64,000 bases of DNA. Source: Protoeuglena noctilucae (Eukaryota). Shown here piece by piece: positions 38,631 to 52,107 of the stretch (the first letter of the stretch is position 1; every line of letters starts with the position of its first letter). The stretch covers positions 1-64,000 of the forward strand of contig OY253669.1 of the NCBI GenBank assembly GCA_958009085.1, given 5' to 3'. The translations under genes were made by a program, and so were the position numbers. The notes beneath the pieces were generated by a model, which ran no database searches, had not been told where the DNA came from, and saw only the letters and a list, made by a program, of their open reading frames with translations.

Positions 38631-39327
38631 AGTGACCTGCGGCGCTTATTCGACCATAATTATGCCCGTCGTTGAACGATGACCTGCAGACGCGGCCCCC
38701 GCGCACCGCTTCAGCTGCCCCAGCGCGCGCCCCGCTGCAGCTGCGGCGTCCGACGGCCCCGATTCCTGCATTGTCCTGCCGTGCAAATGCATGGCTACTC
38801 GCCTATCGCAACACACCCCGAATGGCCTCAGAAGGTCGCGCCGTGGCGCGTGGCGGACCCCGGGAGGCGTGACAGCTGCGTGTTTTCAGCTCGCGGCGGA
38901 ACCACGCGGCTCGCCTTCGCGCTCGCTCGTTCGCACAGTCACAATGTGCGCCGCGCCGGCCCCGACCCCCGCGGTTGCACCCCGGCCAAGAGGGGAGACC
39001 CTGCCGCAAGTGCCGTCGTGCGCTGCTGCCCGCGTGGGCCCGCCAACCGCAATGTGCGTTCCCACCACACGCTACAGCGATCCATCGCGCGTTCAAGGAC
39101 ACCGTACACGCACCGCACTCCGACTGCATGCGTGCTGCCCTGCTCTATCCTACGCAACGAGGGTGATGACTGCGCTGTGCTGCGCTGGGAGCTGCACAAG
39201 AGGCGCTGCGGCAGAGGGGCACCACACGGGCGACTCTCAAGGCAGCTACTTGGTAGATTGGGAACGACACGGGTGGGCACCCTGCCAGGGTGCCCTCTGT
39301 GGGATGGGACACGTCACATCGCACACG

Positions 39328-40740
39328 TCACATCATGCCCCCTCCCCCCACGGCCGCCGTGCCCGCGCCGCGCCTGCCCACCCCAATCCCCCTCGCCGCC
39401 ACCTCCTTGCACAGCCGCGCCAGGTCCCCCACATCGTCCGCAGACTCGCTCACCCACGCCCGCAGGTCATCCACTGTGTCTGCAAAGAGAGACCGAGCGG
39501 AGTGGGGCGAGATAAGAGCGGAACGAGGCAAGACAGCGGCACTCGCAACCCCTGCGCGGGCGCGGGCGTGTCCCACGCACCCCGTCCCCATCACCCGCAC
39601 ACCCGCCCTCACCGATGTCTTGCAGCACGGGCATGTCCATGCGGCACGACCACCCCAGCTGCGCCACGGCCCCCATGGTCCCCTCGAGCACCCCCTCCGT
39701 GCTCCACTCCACCCCCGCGAACATCCCCGGGTCGGTGGCGCGGGAGGCGATGAGGTAGAAGCCCCCATCCACGGCCGGGCCCAGCACCACGTCCGCCTCC
39801 TCCAGGCCCTCCACGGCGTGCTGCAGGGAGTGGTGGATGCGATTGGAACGCAATGGATACGCCAGCCATTGGTGGTCTGGCATCATTACAGGCCATAGAG
39901 CGCGCAGTCGTACGGTTGCGGACGGCCCTGCCCCCCGCGCCTAACCCTCGACCACATTTATACCGTCTCACCTCGATGACGTCCGCGGTAAGGCTGGGCA
40001 CGTCCGACCCCACGACGATGGCCGCCTTGGCCCCCTGCCCCAGCATCGTGGCCAGCGCCCCCACCATGCGCTGCCCCAGGTCCCCCGCCTGGTCCTGCTC
40101 CATCAGCACGGGGCGGCAAGCCAGGGGGAGACCCTCCACCCACTCGCGGACCTGGTCGCGCTCGGCGCTGCGGGGCAAGGGACACACCGGGGGGAGGGGT
40201 CAAACCTAGAGGCAGGACCGTGGGCCAGGTCGCATAATTCAGATGCATGGCTGTCGACCTGCGCCCGTGCATGCCGCGCGTCGCTGCCATACCCGCATCA
40301 CCGCGCTGTTCGCGTGCGGCGCTCGCCTGTCGGAGTAAAAGACGAAGAGGCGGGACCCGCAGGCACGCGAAGCTTGCAGGAGCACGGCCTCGGCGCAGGC
40401 GCGGTAGAAGCGGCAGGCCGCGTCGTCACCCACCGACGTCGCCAGGCGGGTCTTCACCTGCGAACGCAGAACGAGGAAGGGACCTCGGGTCGCGCGCAGG
40501 CGGGGAGGCATTTCAAGCTGCGGTCATGTCGGTCACGTCGCAGGACCGCGAGGGGCTCGCTCGCACCCTGCGCACCTTTCCCGGCGTCGGGTGGCGCACA
40601 AAGACGCCGATGCCGATGGCGAGCGGGGGTGCCGCGTCGCTCTCCGCTCGGACGCCCATCGCTGATGCAGGCTGGGGCGCGGGCGTGGGGATCTGGAGGC
40701 GCAGGCGAGACGAGGGGCAGCTGAAGCCTCCGCGACCCAT
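39328..40740 (-). CDS. DUF2064 / TIGR04282-family (CofC-like) glycosyltransferase
   Basis: VFVRHPTPGKVKTRLA, GDLGQRM, IVVGSDVPSL, VVLGPAVDGGFYLI, VEWST, LQDIDTVDDL. The start may be at 40659 or 40740. Confidence 0.9.
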
Positions 40741-41266
40741 CAGATGGCGGGGCGGAAGTGCGTGGAGCGCCTGCCGCACGGGAGGGTGCGAGAGACGCCA
40801 AACGGTCAGCGCGGTCGAACGGTTCGAGCAACCCACGACGAAGCGGACCGAGAGGATCCAGAGGTGGATCACGGATGATGAAAAATAGCGATTAACCGCT
40901 TTGGGTCGCTGGTTCAGCGCTAAACCTGCCCCGGGCGCCCTGACTCGTTTTGGACCGCGGCCTGACGCGCTCGACACAAACCCTGCGCCCTCGCTTCCAA
41001 TCCCCACAAACACAGTTCGATCGTTCTGTTCCAGCGCTAGCAAAGCGCCACACGCCTGCGTCGCCGCGCCTCTCCATGGGCATTTAAAGAATTGCGAGGT
41101 CTCAGCGCGGTCTTCTGCGCGCCTGCTCGCCAGAGATGGGCGCAATAGTCAGGAAATAAGACTACGGTGTGCCGTTGATAGCTGGGTCCTTCTGGAGATC
41201 CTTTCTCGCCCGCGCACGGTCCGCAGCGTGCTTGTCCAGTGATCCCCGTCTTCGGGATCGGGAGCC

Positions 41267-44200
41267 ATGAGGGCGGACCAGGGGGAGCGGGAGCGGGGCT
41301 TCAATGTGTACATCGCCGGCGCGAACGAGGAGCGGGTTAAGGCGAGGAATGCCGGCCAGTGCCACAGCAAGGGGTGCCCCGCTCTCCCGCCCCGCCCGCG
41401 ATGCGCGCACCCGTCATCGCCGCCCGATGAACCCCTGATCTCATGCTTTGCATCCGTGACGCTGCTCTGGTCACCTCGCTCCCAGGAAGAGAAGCTCCGC
41501 CGCGTGGACAGCGCCGCCCGCACCCGCGGCCGACGCAAGTGGTCTGAGGCGAGACGCCGCGCGCAGCGACGCGCATTGCATTCGCGGCACATGAGCGGCG
41601 AACACCAGACGCGTGCTACTGCACCCCCCTGGCACCTTTGCAAACGTGCTTTGTCGCTCGTTACCCGTCACCTGCCCTCACCCGCCCCTCGTCTCCGCAG
41701 TCCCCCGTGGCGCAGAGGGGCGGCGTCCTGATCCGCGGAGAAGATGGCGCACGCTACGGCGCCGCGATCCCCAGCGTCATCCCCACCGCTGCCCCGTCTC
41801 CCCACACACATGGCGCATCCCCAGCCCCGCCCCCCTCCCCCGCCCCGTCCCACTCCCCAGGCACCCCCGCACCCGCGCCCCGCGCGCCCACGCTCGCCGG
41901 CTCCCCTTTCAGCCCCGGCGTGGCGCCGCTGTCGCCGCCCATTGTAGCAGGCCAGGGCAACCCAGCAGCAGCAGGGCGGTCGCCGGGCGTGGCCAATGGC
42001 GCGACAGCGGCCACGCGGGGGTCGGGTCTGGGGGACCTGCCGGGGCGCTACGAGGACCTGATGTCGCGGCTGCGTGGCATGGCACGGGGGGGAGCCGAGG
42101 GGGGAGTGGAAGCGGGGCAGGGCGGGGGTAGCGGTGTGTTGGGCGGTGGTGACGCGGATTTGGGGGAGTATGCGGGGTCTGAGTTTGACAGCTACTCTGG
42201 CGATGAGGACAAGGGTGCGAGGGAGCACGGTGACGCGGCAGAGGCTTCGTCGGGGGATGAAAGGGGGGGTGTCTATTCCGACGACTTCACGGGGCCAGGT
42301 GAGGGGGCACAGGGCATGGGGTGGCATGAGATGAGGCGTGACATGAAAGGTGTGACGTCAGCGATGGGGTGTCCATGGCCACTACGGCAATTGTAATGCC
42401 ATTGCATCGGCCTCCCTCGTTCGCAGGGAGCGACGGCAACGCCTCGGCATCCACGGACACTCCGCCCGGCTCCCCACCCCCGCGGATGGTGGCGGAGGAT
42501 GCGCGCTTTGCCCCGCTGGTCCCCGCGGCCCTGCGTTACACGGGCGCACGCACCAGCGCATCCCTGTCCGTGACCGCCACCGCCACGGCAGCCAACACCG
42601 ACTGGGGGCCCACCCCGAGGGGAGAGGCGGGGCCGGCGGTGCGTGCGCGGGCGTGGAGCGCGCGACCAGGGGCGGCGGGGGTGGCGGCAACGGGGCCGGT
42701 GGGGGAGGAGGTGGTGGCGGCGGTGGTGCGGGCAGTGCGAGAGGAGAACGAACGGTCGATGGCAAGTGCCTCTGCGTTCGGGGTGCGGGAGGGGAAGGAG
42801 CGGTCGACTGAGACCGTGTCCGGGGTGGGGGAGGGGGACGACCGGGCCACGGTCACCGCTGCGGCGCGGGAGAGGGCGATGGACGCGGCGTGGGAGAGCG
42901 GAGACGAGGGAGGTGGGGCAGGAGGGTTGCAGGGGCTTGCGGGGACGGGGAGGGTGCCACCCACAGCAAACTCGCGTGCGGCGGTGGCGGAGGTGGTGGC
43001 GTGGCTGGAGGGGCGGCTGGGGTCTCTGCCAAACCCAGAGAGGGGCATATTGGAGGAGGCATTGTCACGCATCAAGGCCATGGGGGCGTGGCAGGAGGGG
43101 GACGCAGAGGAAGGGTCACCATCAGCACAGCCCATGGCTTTGCGAGCCAAGGCAGGCGCGGCGTCAGCACCACTCCGCCGCAGCAATGCAGCCCCCACAC
43201 CGCGTGGCGAGGGCGCGCTATTGGTGGATGTCAACGCGGCTGGCTCGATAGATGGCCCAGTTCCGCTGCCGACCTCCCCCGTCGACGTTGCAGACCCGGC
43301 ATCGCCATTTGCCAATAACGCACATGACACCCCTCCCTCGGGCAGCTCTCCGCGCGCTGCCGCTCCGTCCCCCGCCCCCGGCACAGCGCCGCCTGCCGAC
43401 GCGTGCCCCGAGGCGCAGACGGTGGTGCTGCAGCTGCTGGGGTCGTGGGGCGGGGGGGCCGAGGTGGGGCTGGCGGGGATGGCGCTGCTGGATGCGGGTG
43501 GCAGTGAGGTGGCGGTGGCGCCGGGGGACGTGGCGGTGCGAGGGGGGGTGGCGGGGCGCATGGGGGGCGCGCGGCTGGTGGGGGGCGGGGGCGGGGGGTG
43601 GGAGGGCCGCGTGGCGCGTGACGCAGCAACCGCCGCCCCTCTAGAGATCGTGCTGCGGGTGCCGGGCGGGCGGCCCCGCGCGCGCCGGCTGCGGGTGCGG
43701 AACCACGCGGGCGGCAAGACGCGCGCGGTGCGGGGTGCAGTTGTGCTGGTGGGGGGTCGCGTGGTGTGGCGGGGAGACCTGCGGTGGGGACCGGGGGAGG
43801 ACGGGGCCACGGACATTGACTTGGGGGGTGCAAGCAGGGTGGACATAGCGGGCAGGCCGCCGCGGGGGTCGAGTCCCGTGGCAGCACTGAGCGACGTCGC
43901 AACACACGCTCCAAACACCGTGTTCACGCGTCCCCGGGAGGCGCAGTCGGCCCACGCAGACGCAGCCGGGCCCGCATTGTGGCTGGGGGGGCACGCGCCA
44001 TCTGCGCCCTCCCCATCCGCTCCCTCTGCCCCGCCGGGCCCAGCGCAGAGTCGCCGCGCCAGCGCCGTTAGCCCCGCCCCCCCCGCCGACGGCACCGCCA
44101 CCCCCCGGCGCGTGTGCATGGGCCGGCGCGCGTCCGAAGCAGACGTGCGACCCGGATTCGACAAGCAGGGACAGGCGCACGCGCCGTCCCCTCCCCTAGC

Positions 44201-47200
44201 ACTAGCTGCCCCATCGCCACCCCCCAGCCCCCCCGCCCCTGCCGGCCGCCCGCGTCTCAGCAAGTACCCCTCCGCTCACATGATGGGCGTGGGGGACGAG
44301 GAGAGGCCCGCGGGCAGGCCCCTGCCGCGCAAGACGCCCTCCGCGCCCCGCATCCCCGTGTATGCGGACGCGACCTCTGTCCCACCCAGCGCAGTGGAGG
44401 CAGCACGGGGGTCGCGGGGCAGTGCGGTGCTCGAGGGCAGCGCGGGGTCTAAGAGGGTGTCCGGGGATGGCTCTGCGGTGGGGGAGGGGGGTGGCGAGGC
44501 GGGGGTGGGGCGGCGCGCGGTGGCGGGGCGGAGGGGCGGCGGTGGGGAGGGGTCTGGGCGAGAGGTCGGGAAGCCTGCGGTTGCGGAGACTTCGGGAGCA
44601 TTGCCATTGCCACCCCCGGCAGATGCGGCGGTGTCAGTGTCAGTGTCAATGTCGGTCAGTCCGACCGGGGAGGGGCGGAGGGGGCGGTGGCGGAGGGGGG
44701 GTGCGGATGGGGGTGGGGGCGGCCACGGGGCGTCGTTGGAGGAGAGTTTGGATTCGCTGGCTCTGTTCCGCAAGAGCCACGCGGGGCGGCTGGGGGTGGG
44801 GCCGGTGCGGGTGCGTGGGGTGGGGTGGCTGGGGCACGAGGGTGCGGGGGATGGGGAGGTGGATGGGGATGGGGAGGAGGGGGAGGAGAGCCCCGGAGCG
44901 AGGATGGGGAATGCGGAGGTGGCGGGGAACGTAAAGATGGAGGTGGGGAGTGAGAAAGGGGGAGCGGGGGAGGAGGTGGCGGTCGGGGGTGTGCGTGCGA
45001 TGATGGAGGCGGCGCTGGGGGTGGGGACCGCGTCTGTTAGTAAGAGCAACAAAGATGCGGGCGCGGAGTCGCTGCTGAATCTGATGGACGTGGCAGGGGG
45101 GGCAGCAAGTGGTGGGGCGGACGCGGATGGCGGGGATGCGGGTGCGACAGAGGGAGATACAGCGGCAGTGACAGAGACAACGGCAGTGGCGTCGAATGCC
45201 GCAGCGGCGGAATCGACTCCTTCGCTGGGATTCCCCCCCTGGGGTTACCGCGACGTGTGGGGGGAGGAGGACGTGGTGGTCCCCGAAGAGCCCCGGTGTC
45301 GCGGCATTGAGATGAGGGTGCACGCCACCTGGGGCGACGCCTTTTACGTGGGGCTGGCGGGGATCGAAGTGTTCGACGCCGAGGGGCACCCGGTGGCCGT
45401 GGCAGGGGTCACGGGTGAGGCGCGGGGAGGGTTGCTAGTCACTAACTAACTAAGCTTTAGCGCGTGTGCCCGGCTCTCAGCGAGTTCCATCCTATTACTG
45501 CAACTACCTATGCAGCGGCACATGTGTATGTAATATGCACATGTAATGACAGCCAGTTGCTTGCCCTCTCACCCCCCCCTTGCTCCCCCGCCCACCCCTC
45601 GCGCACCCCGCTCACCTCCCCTCCCCTCTCCCCGCCCCCAGCCGACCCCCCCAGCGTCCCCGCGGACCCCGGCGCCCCCCCGGACCCCCGCACCCCCTCC
45701 AAAATCATCGACGGCGCCTGCGTCACATGCGACGAGATGCACTCGTGGGTCGCGCCCTTCGACCCCGCGCGCCCCAACCGCGTGCGGCTGGATTTCGAAT
45801 CCGAGGCGGCGCTGGGGATGGCAAGGGTGTGGAACTACAACGCCTCGCGGGTGCACAGCACGCGGGGCGCGAGGCTGGTGGAGCTGGCGGCGGTGGGGGG
45901 GGACCAGGGGGACGAGGAGCGTCGGTTGCTGTTTCGGGGAGTGGTCGGGCAGGCGCCCGGCAACCTGGGGCAGGCGCCCGCGTGTGCGGAGTGCATCGTG
46001 GTGAGCTGCGCATGTATGGTATGAGCGATGTGGGGGTGGCGAGTGGCGCATTTTGCGTCAGTGCATGCAGCGGTGTGCCGGTCGCCGGTCGACGTCCCCC
46101 CTCGGTCGCTTGCATTGCAGCATGAATGGTCGTTGCGAGGGATGCCATAGATACCAATGTGTCTCTCCCTCTCCCTCTCCCTCTCACCCATAACCGCACT
46201 CCCCGTCTGCAGTTCACCCACCGCCCTTCGTTCTTTGATGCCTTGGACGCCCACGACTCTGCCCATCACGCGGAAGCCAGGGGGGCAGAGGGAGAGGGTG
46301 TGATGGAGGGAGAGGGGGTGGGATTGATTGGGGGGAAGTTGGAGTGGGAGAGGTACAGGGAGGGGGAGGATGCGGGGGTGGAGGTGAGGGGCGAAGTGGC
46401 ACATGGGCACATGACACATCGCATGCGTGGGGTCAGGTTCAAGTCAGGTCAGGTCAGGCTAGCGTTAACAGAGATTTAAACGTTTGACTGTGCGGGATGC
46501 CCTGCTTCCGCACCACTGCATCTCTGATGGTATGCCTCGTATGTATGTGACAGCATGCTGCGTCTTTGACCGCACCCACCGTCGGTGCCATGACCGCAGT
46601 TGGTCCCCGACGGAGATGGCGATGGCGATGGCGACAACGATGCAGACTCTGAGGGTCGCGTGGTGCTGGGGGATGCGGGGGATGACGAAGGGGCGGAGGC
46701 AGTCATCGTGTCGCCTCGTGGCGACAGCAGCGGCGGTGTCGATGCGGAGGTGAGGAGGAGTGGCGCGCATGCATTTGCTAGTATTTGCAGCCCATTCTAT
46801 TGCATTCATTGCCGTGTGCGTCATACCCGTGTGCCTTGCCACGCATCCAGCCCCGCCGTCTACCTATGCACCCCTTTCCCCCCACCCGCAGCCCCCCTTC
46901 CCCTCCTCCTCCTCACACCTCCCCCTGCCCCCCTCCCTCCCCCTCCGCACCCTCACTTTGGAAATTCTCTCCACATGGGGTGACCGCCATTACGTGGGAT
47001 TGGCAAGGATCGCACTGCTGGACGCACACGGCCAGGCCATCCCCATCGACCCGGGTTGCATCACAGCTGACCCTCCCGATTTAAATGCCATCCCGGGCCA
47101 TTCGGGGGACCCCAGGGTCGCTGGCAACCTGGCGTATAAGGTAGGGGTGGATGATGACGGTGGCGGTGCACCAACCGACGACGCGCGCATGTGGCTGGCG

Positions 47201-49455
47201 CCGCTGAGGGCCAGCCTCGCGCTGTTGGGCGCGAATGCAAATGCGGGAATGGGCACTGATAAGTCGCAGCCGCGCAGTCCCCTGTGCACTTCGCCAGGTG
47301 TTGACCCGTCCCACAACACGCTGACGGTTACTCTCCCATCCGAGCACCGGGTGCGGTGGCTGCGGGTGTGGAACTACAACAAATCAGCGGCGGATGCGAG
47401 ACGGGGCGCGCAGCGGGTGCGGCTGTGGGCGGATGGGCGTCGGCTGGGGCCGGCGGCGGGGGTGCTGCTGCGAGCGGCGCCGGGGGACACTTTGGTGGAT
47501 TACGCGCAAGACGTGGACTTGGCGTGGGCGGCGGAGGTGGCGGAGGCTGACGCGGTGCCGGAGGCGCTGACGGCGGGGATTGGGGGTGGCATGGGTGCGG
47601 TTGGCATGGGGGCGGGTGGTGTGGGTGCGGGTGCGCGTAGGCTAGTTACTGAGGCGCTGGTGTGGCAGCTGTGGGCGGGGGACGCGGGTGCGTACTGTAA
47701 AGCGAGCGCTGCGGCTGCGGAGAGGGCGCGGAAGGAGGGCGTGGCGGTGCCGGTGCGGCAGGACTTTGAAGTGCCGCTGGTGAGGGGGGGGGGAGTGACT
47801 GATGGAGTGACTGGGTGACTGAGTGACTGACTGTCCCTCCGTATGCTTGCCTTTGCGCTCGTTGCCGCCACTGCCGCTGCCGATACGCGCGTCACCCACA
47901 CCACACACCCACCCACCCCTGTCCTCATCTCCCCCCGCAGCTGCCCTGCGGCTCCCTTCTCCGCATCTACCTGCTGTCCACGTGGGGCGACCCCCATTAC
48001 GTGGGACTGACGGGCGTGGAGGTAGTGGACGCGGTGGCGGGGGCGCTGGACCTTGCGGGGGCAGTCGCGGGCAGGGGGGGTGAGCGATAATCTGTTAGAG
48101 CACCCTGTGCCGTCCAATCCACTCACCGCTCCCATACCATCAGCCCCACTCCACACAACCACCCTCTCACCCCCCACACCAATTCTTCACCCGTCAATGC
48201 CCCCCTTCCCCCCCAGCCCCCCCCGCCTGCCGCGTCTCAGCCCTCCCCCTGGGCGTCTGCGCCCTGCCCCACATGTCCGCCGACGCACGCACCCCCGACA
48301 AGGCATTGGATGCAATCCGGTCCGGCCACCCCTCGCATTCCTGGCTCACCTACCTCCCCACCAACGGACTGGACCCGGTGCTCGCCATCGCGCTCCCGAG
48401 GCCGGCGATGGTGGCGGCGCTGCGGTGAGGGGGGTGGGGGGTGGTGGATATGTGAGTTGTTGTGCTCAGTCGTTGATTACGGTGAGGGATGGGTGGTGGT
48501 GGTGGATGTGTGAGACGTGTCACTTACGCAGTCACTCCGTTGTGGATGGCAGTGCCCTTCTCTGCACCTGTCTATTGATCTACTCCTCCCTCCATCCCGG
48601 TTGTGTCTTCTGCCCACCTACGCCTCCCCCCCACCCACCCATCCACTCAAACACCCCACCCCACCCATCCCCACTCCATTACCATCCCACTACCACCCAT
48701 ATCCCCATCCACCCCATCCCCATTCCCTGTCTTCTCCCCCCCAGTTTCTGGAACTACGCCTCCCCCCCCACCCGCGGCGCCCGGGAGGTGGCCGTGACTC
48801 TGGACGGCGATTTGATCTATCAAGGCATATTGCGGCCATCACCCGACACTCCCGGACAGCCGCCATATGCCCAATCGGTGCTGTTCAGCAATGATCCGGG
48901 GATCGTGGGGACGTATGGCCAAGAGGCGTGCTGCATGCTGGACTCGCCCCTGCTGGCCGTCGACACGGGTGAGGGGGGGGTGGGGTTGGGGGGGATGGGA
49001 GTGTGTATACTTAGTGAATACTATGTGGTAGATGGGAGTGGAGGTGTAGTTTGGGTGGGTCTGCATGGATGGGTGTGCATGGGTGTGCATGCGAGGGATG
49101 GGAGTGTGATTTTGTAATGAGGTTGTGATGGAAACACGTTTAAGAGTAAATGCGGTCACTTCGCACAATTCCTATCCGTTTCCATCCCCCTCCACCCCCA
49201 GGTCTTTACAACGACGGTCAGCGCGTGGGGGGGGCCGGGGGACGCACCGCGATGCGACACGCTGCCCGAGAGACCCACCACGGGGGTGGTGAGGTGAAGA
49301 GGAGGGTCAAGTATGGTGCTCTCTCAGCTTCAGGGTTTGTAGATGCGAAGTGGTTTAGGTCACTTGGGTTTGTTTCTGTCCAGCAAGCGCAAAGCACATC
49401 ACGACGACCGGGGATGGGTGCGCCGACAGCCCATAGCCCATTGCTTGTAAGGTGA
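41267..49455 (+). CDS. KATNIP: Katanin-interacting protein KIAA0556 (DUF4457 repeats)
   Basis: ERGFNVYIAGAN N-terminal motif; repeated TWGDxxYVGLxGIE and RVWNYN modules separated by low-complexity linkers. Confidence 0.88.
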
Positions 49456-49876
49456 CCTCGGTCGCTCTTTCTAACTTCGTCATACCACCGAGTGGCTTAC
49501 GACGATGTCTTGTATGAACAGACTAGGCTCTGAAAGGGATGAAGCGCATGGGATGAGCCTGGCAATCCGCGACATTATGTGGCCTGTAGTGGTGGCGCCA
49601 AACCATGGTTCAACACCAAAAGAGTCACAAGACGCAAACCAGGCTTCCTCGAAAACCCAGCATCGCAGTGGACACAGAGGAGAGTAAAAAGAAAGTCACG
49701 ACAAGGGGCGGCGGCACAACGTCGCAACACACAGAGGTCTCCCCAACTCGTAACAAATACATCAGTTCGTAAATAAGTTAGAGAGACACGAAAAGAGAGA
49801 TCACCGCGAGTCGCGATCTCATCGCTCCCCCTCCGCGCTTCACGCTTGCCCACCCCACCCCCACACCCCCCACACC

Positions 49877-50056
49877 TCACACCACCCCCTCTAGCGCCGC
49901 CTCTAATCTCGCCCGCATGGCCGCCGACAGCCCCGCCCCTGCTTGGTCCACCTGATCTCCCAGATTCCTTTTTAGAGATATCAGAAGGTCTTGGTTGGCT
50001 GCCTTGACGTCCACCTTGGGGTCGCTGAGAAGGGTGAGAGCGGCGGGGACCACGTA
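49877..50056 (-). CDS. Orphan terminal exon encoding a HEAT/TOG-like C-terminus
   Basis: After a pyrimidine-rich CAG acceptor: YVVPAALTLLSDPKVDVKAANQDLLISLKRNLGDQVDQAGAGLSAAMRARLEAALEGVV*. Not PDE-like. Confidence 0.55.
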   Translation of the reverse strand, partial: YVVPAALTLLSDPKVDVKAANQDLLISLKRNLGDQVDQAGAGLSAAMRARLEAALEGVV

Positions 50057-50103
50057 CTGGGGGGGGGGGGGGGTATGGGTGGGGGTGTGAGTGAGTGGGG
50101 TGA

Positions 50104-50303
50104 NNNNNNNNNNNNNNNNNNNNNNNNNNNNNNNNNNNNNNNNNNNNNNNNNNNNNNNNNNNNNNNNNNNNNNNNNNNNNNNNNNNNNNNNNNNNNNNNN
50201 NNNNNNNNNNNNNNNNNNNNNNNNNNNNNNNNNNNNNNNNNNNNNNNNNNNNNNNNNNNNNNNNNNNNNNNNNNNNNNNNNNNNNNNNNNNNNNNNNNNN
50301 NNN
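50104..50303. other. Assembly gap (200 N)
   Basis: Run of N flanked by low-complexity G/C tracts. Confidence 1.
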
Positions 50304-50398
50304 ATCTACACCCACCACTACCACACCCCCCCCCCCCCCCCCCCCCCAACTACCACCACCACCACCACCCACCACTACCACCCATTCCCCCCCCTCAC

Positions 50399-52059
50399 CT
50401 GCGCCATGAGCGTGAACAGGCTGGCCGCGTGCATCATCTCCTGCACGCTCTTGTCATTGTACGTGATCGCCAGCGCATCCGCCGTGCGGCACAGGAACCC
50501 GTTGCTCACGCCCCTATGGTGCACGTCGTGGCCAATGCACGCCACGAGTACGCACAGCACGTCTAAGTCCGACATGTGGGTCTGCACCCAGTCCCAGCAC
50601 AATATGAGGAGCACGAATGCCGAGTGGGTGACGTCCACGGCGTGACGCCAGCAATGGTAGGGGTGGTCGTCGTAGCTGTCGCGCATGGCGTCGATGAAGG
50701 CGAGCAAGGCCGAGCGGGGGACCAGGACGTGCTGTGGGAAGGGAGAGGGAAAGGGGGTGGGTGAGATGTGGGGGAGTGGGTGGGTGAGGGAGAGTGGGAG
50801 TGGGAATGATGGAGTGGATGGGGGAGTGGGTGGGGGAGTGGGAGTGCATGAGAGGCATGGGTTGAGCTAAGCACCCGCATTGCTATGACTGCCCCATTGC
50901 CAAGACAACTTCATCAACACACACCACCGCTGCTGTCCTCGCTACTCATCCCAACCACCCATGCTCAATTATGCGTCACTCATCCCCACCACTCATCCCC
51001 CCCTCACCTCGCCCCCCTCGCGCCCTCCCCCACGGTCCATGATGCCCACCCCTGAGTCCCCTGCGCGCGCAGACGAGAATGGCAGTCATTCAAATCCACA
51101 CCCCGACATTCAAATTCAGTTCAAGTCCCGAACAGTGTTTTTGACACATTCCCCCAAACACATTCCCCCACCCACCCCCCACCCCGCATCCACTCACCCG
51201 ATCGGTCCGGCCGCCCCTCCCCCTCCCCCTTGGATTGGAGATTTGAATTTGAATTCAAACTGCTCCACGCCTCCCCCCGCGGCGACACCCGCGCCCCGGA
51301 GTGCCGCCCGCTGTCGCGCCACCCCACCTTGCTCCCCGCCCGCCCCCCGCTCCCCCGCCCCACCCCCGCCGACCCCGGTTCCTCGCCCACAAACCCCATC
51401 ATTTCGAATATCATCAGCAGCGCGAGCCCCAGCTCTTCCTCTTTCAGTGACAGCACGTCCCACTGCAGCGTCCCCAGCAGATCCGACTGACAGTCCAATC
51501 GCTGTGCCACCGATGTCGTCCGCACCCCCCCCCGCCCCGGCGACCCCCGCGCACCCGCGTCGCCCGCACTGTGCGCGCTGCGCCCCGCCTCGCTGCTGCC
51601 GCTCTGCGAAATGCGCGAGAGCGAAGGGGCGGAGTCCCGGCCCACGCCACCCCACTGCGACCCCCGCCCCACCGGCCCAACACCGCTCGACCCTCCCAAA
51701 GGGGGGCAAGAGGGGCGGCCCGATACCCCCGCATCGCCCACTCCCCCGCGCACGAACACCCCCGAATGGGACGCCTCCACAGGCCGTGCGCTGGCTGTCC
51801 CAGCCCCCCCTGCTGCCGTGCGATCTTTGACGATGCGCCTGAGCTCGCGGATAGCAGCGCGAGATGCTATCCAGTTCTGTGCCTCAGCCGCGGTGGGTCG
51901 CGCGTGCGGGGTGAGGATGTTGAAGTGGAGGTGGAGGTTGGCGGGGGCCATGCGCAGTAAGAGGGGCATGCGGGGCCGTCGGGTGTCGGGGGCAGGGGCG
52001 GCGGGGGCTAGGAGGGCCTTGGCGCCTGGGGGAGGAGAGGGAGAGGGGATGGATAAGTG

Positions 52060-52107
<48 letters not shown>

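Noticed and set aside
42536..44263. 575-aa antisense ORF and many similar shadow ORFs
   Set aside because: These are antisense shadows of GC-rich real exons (here KATNIP).
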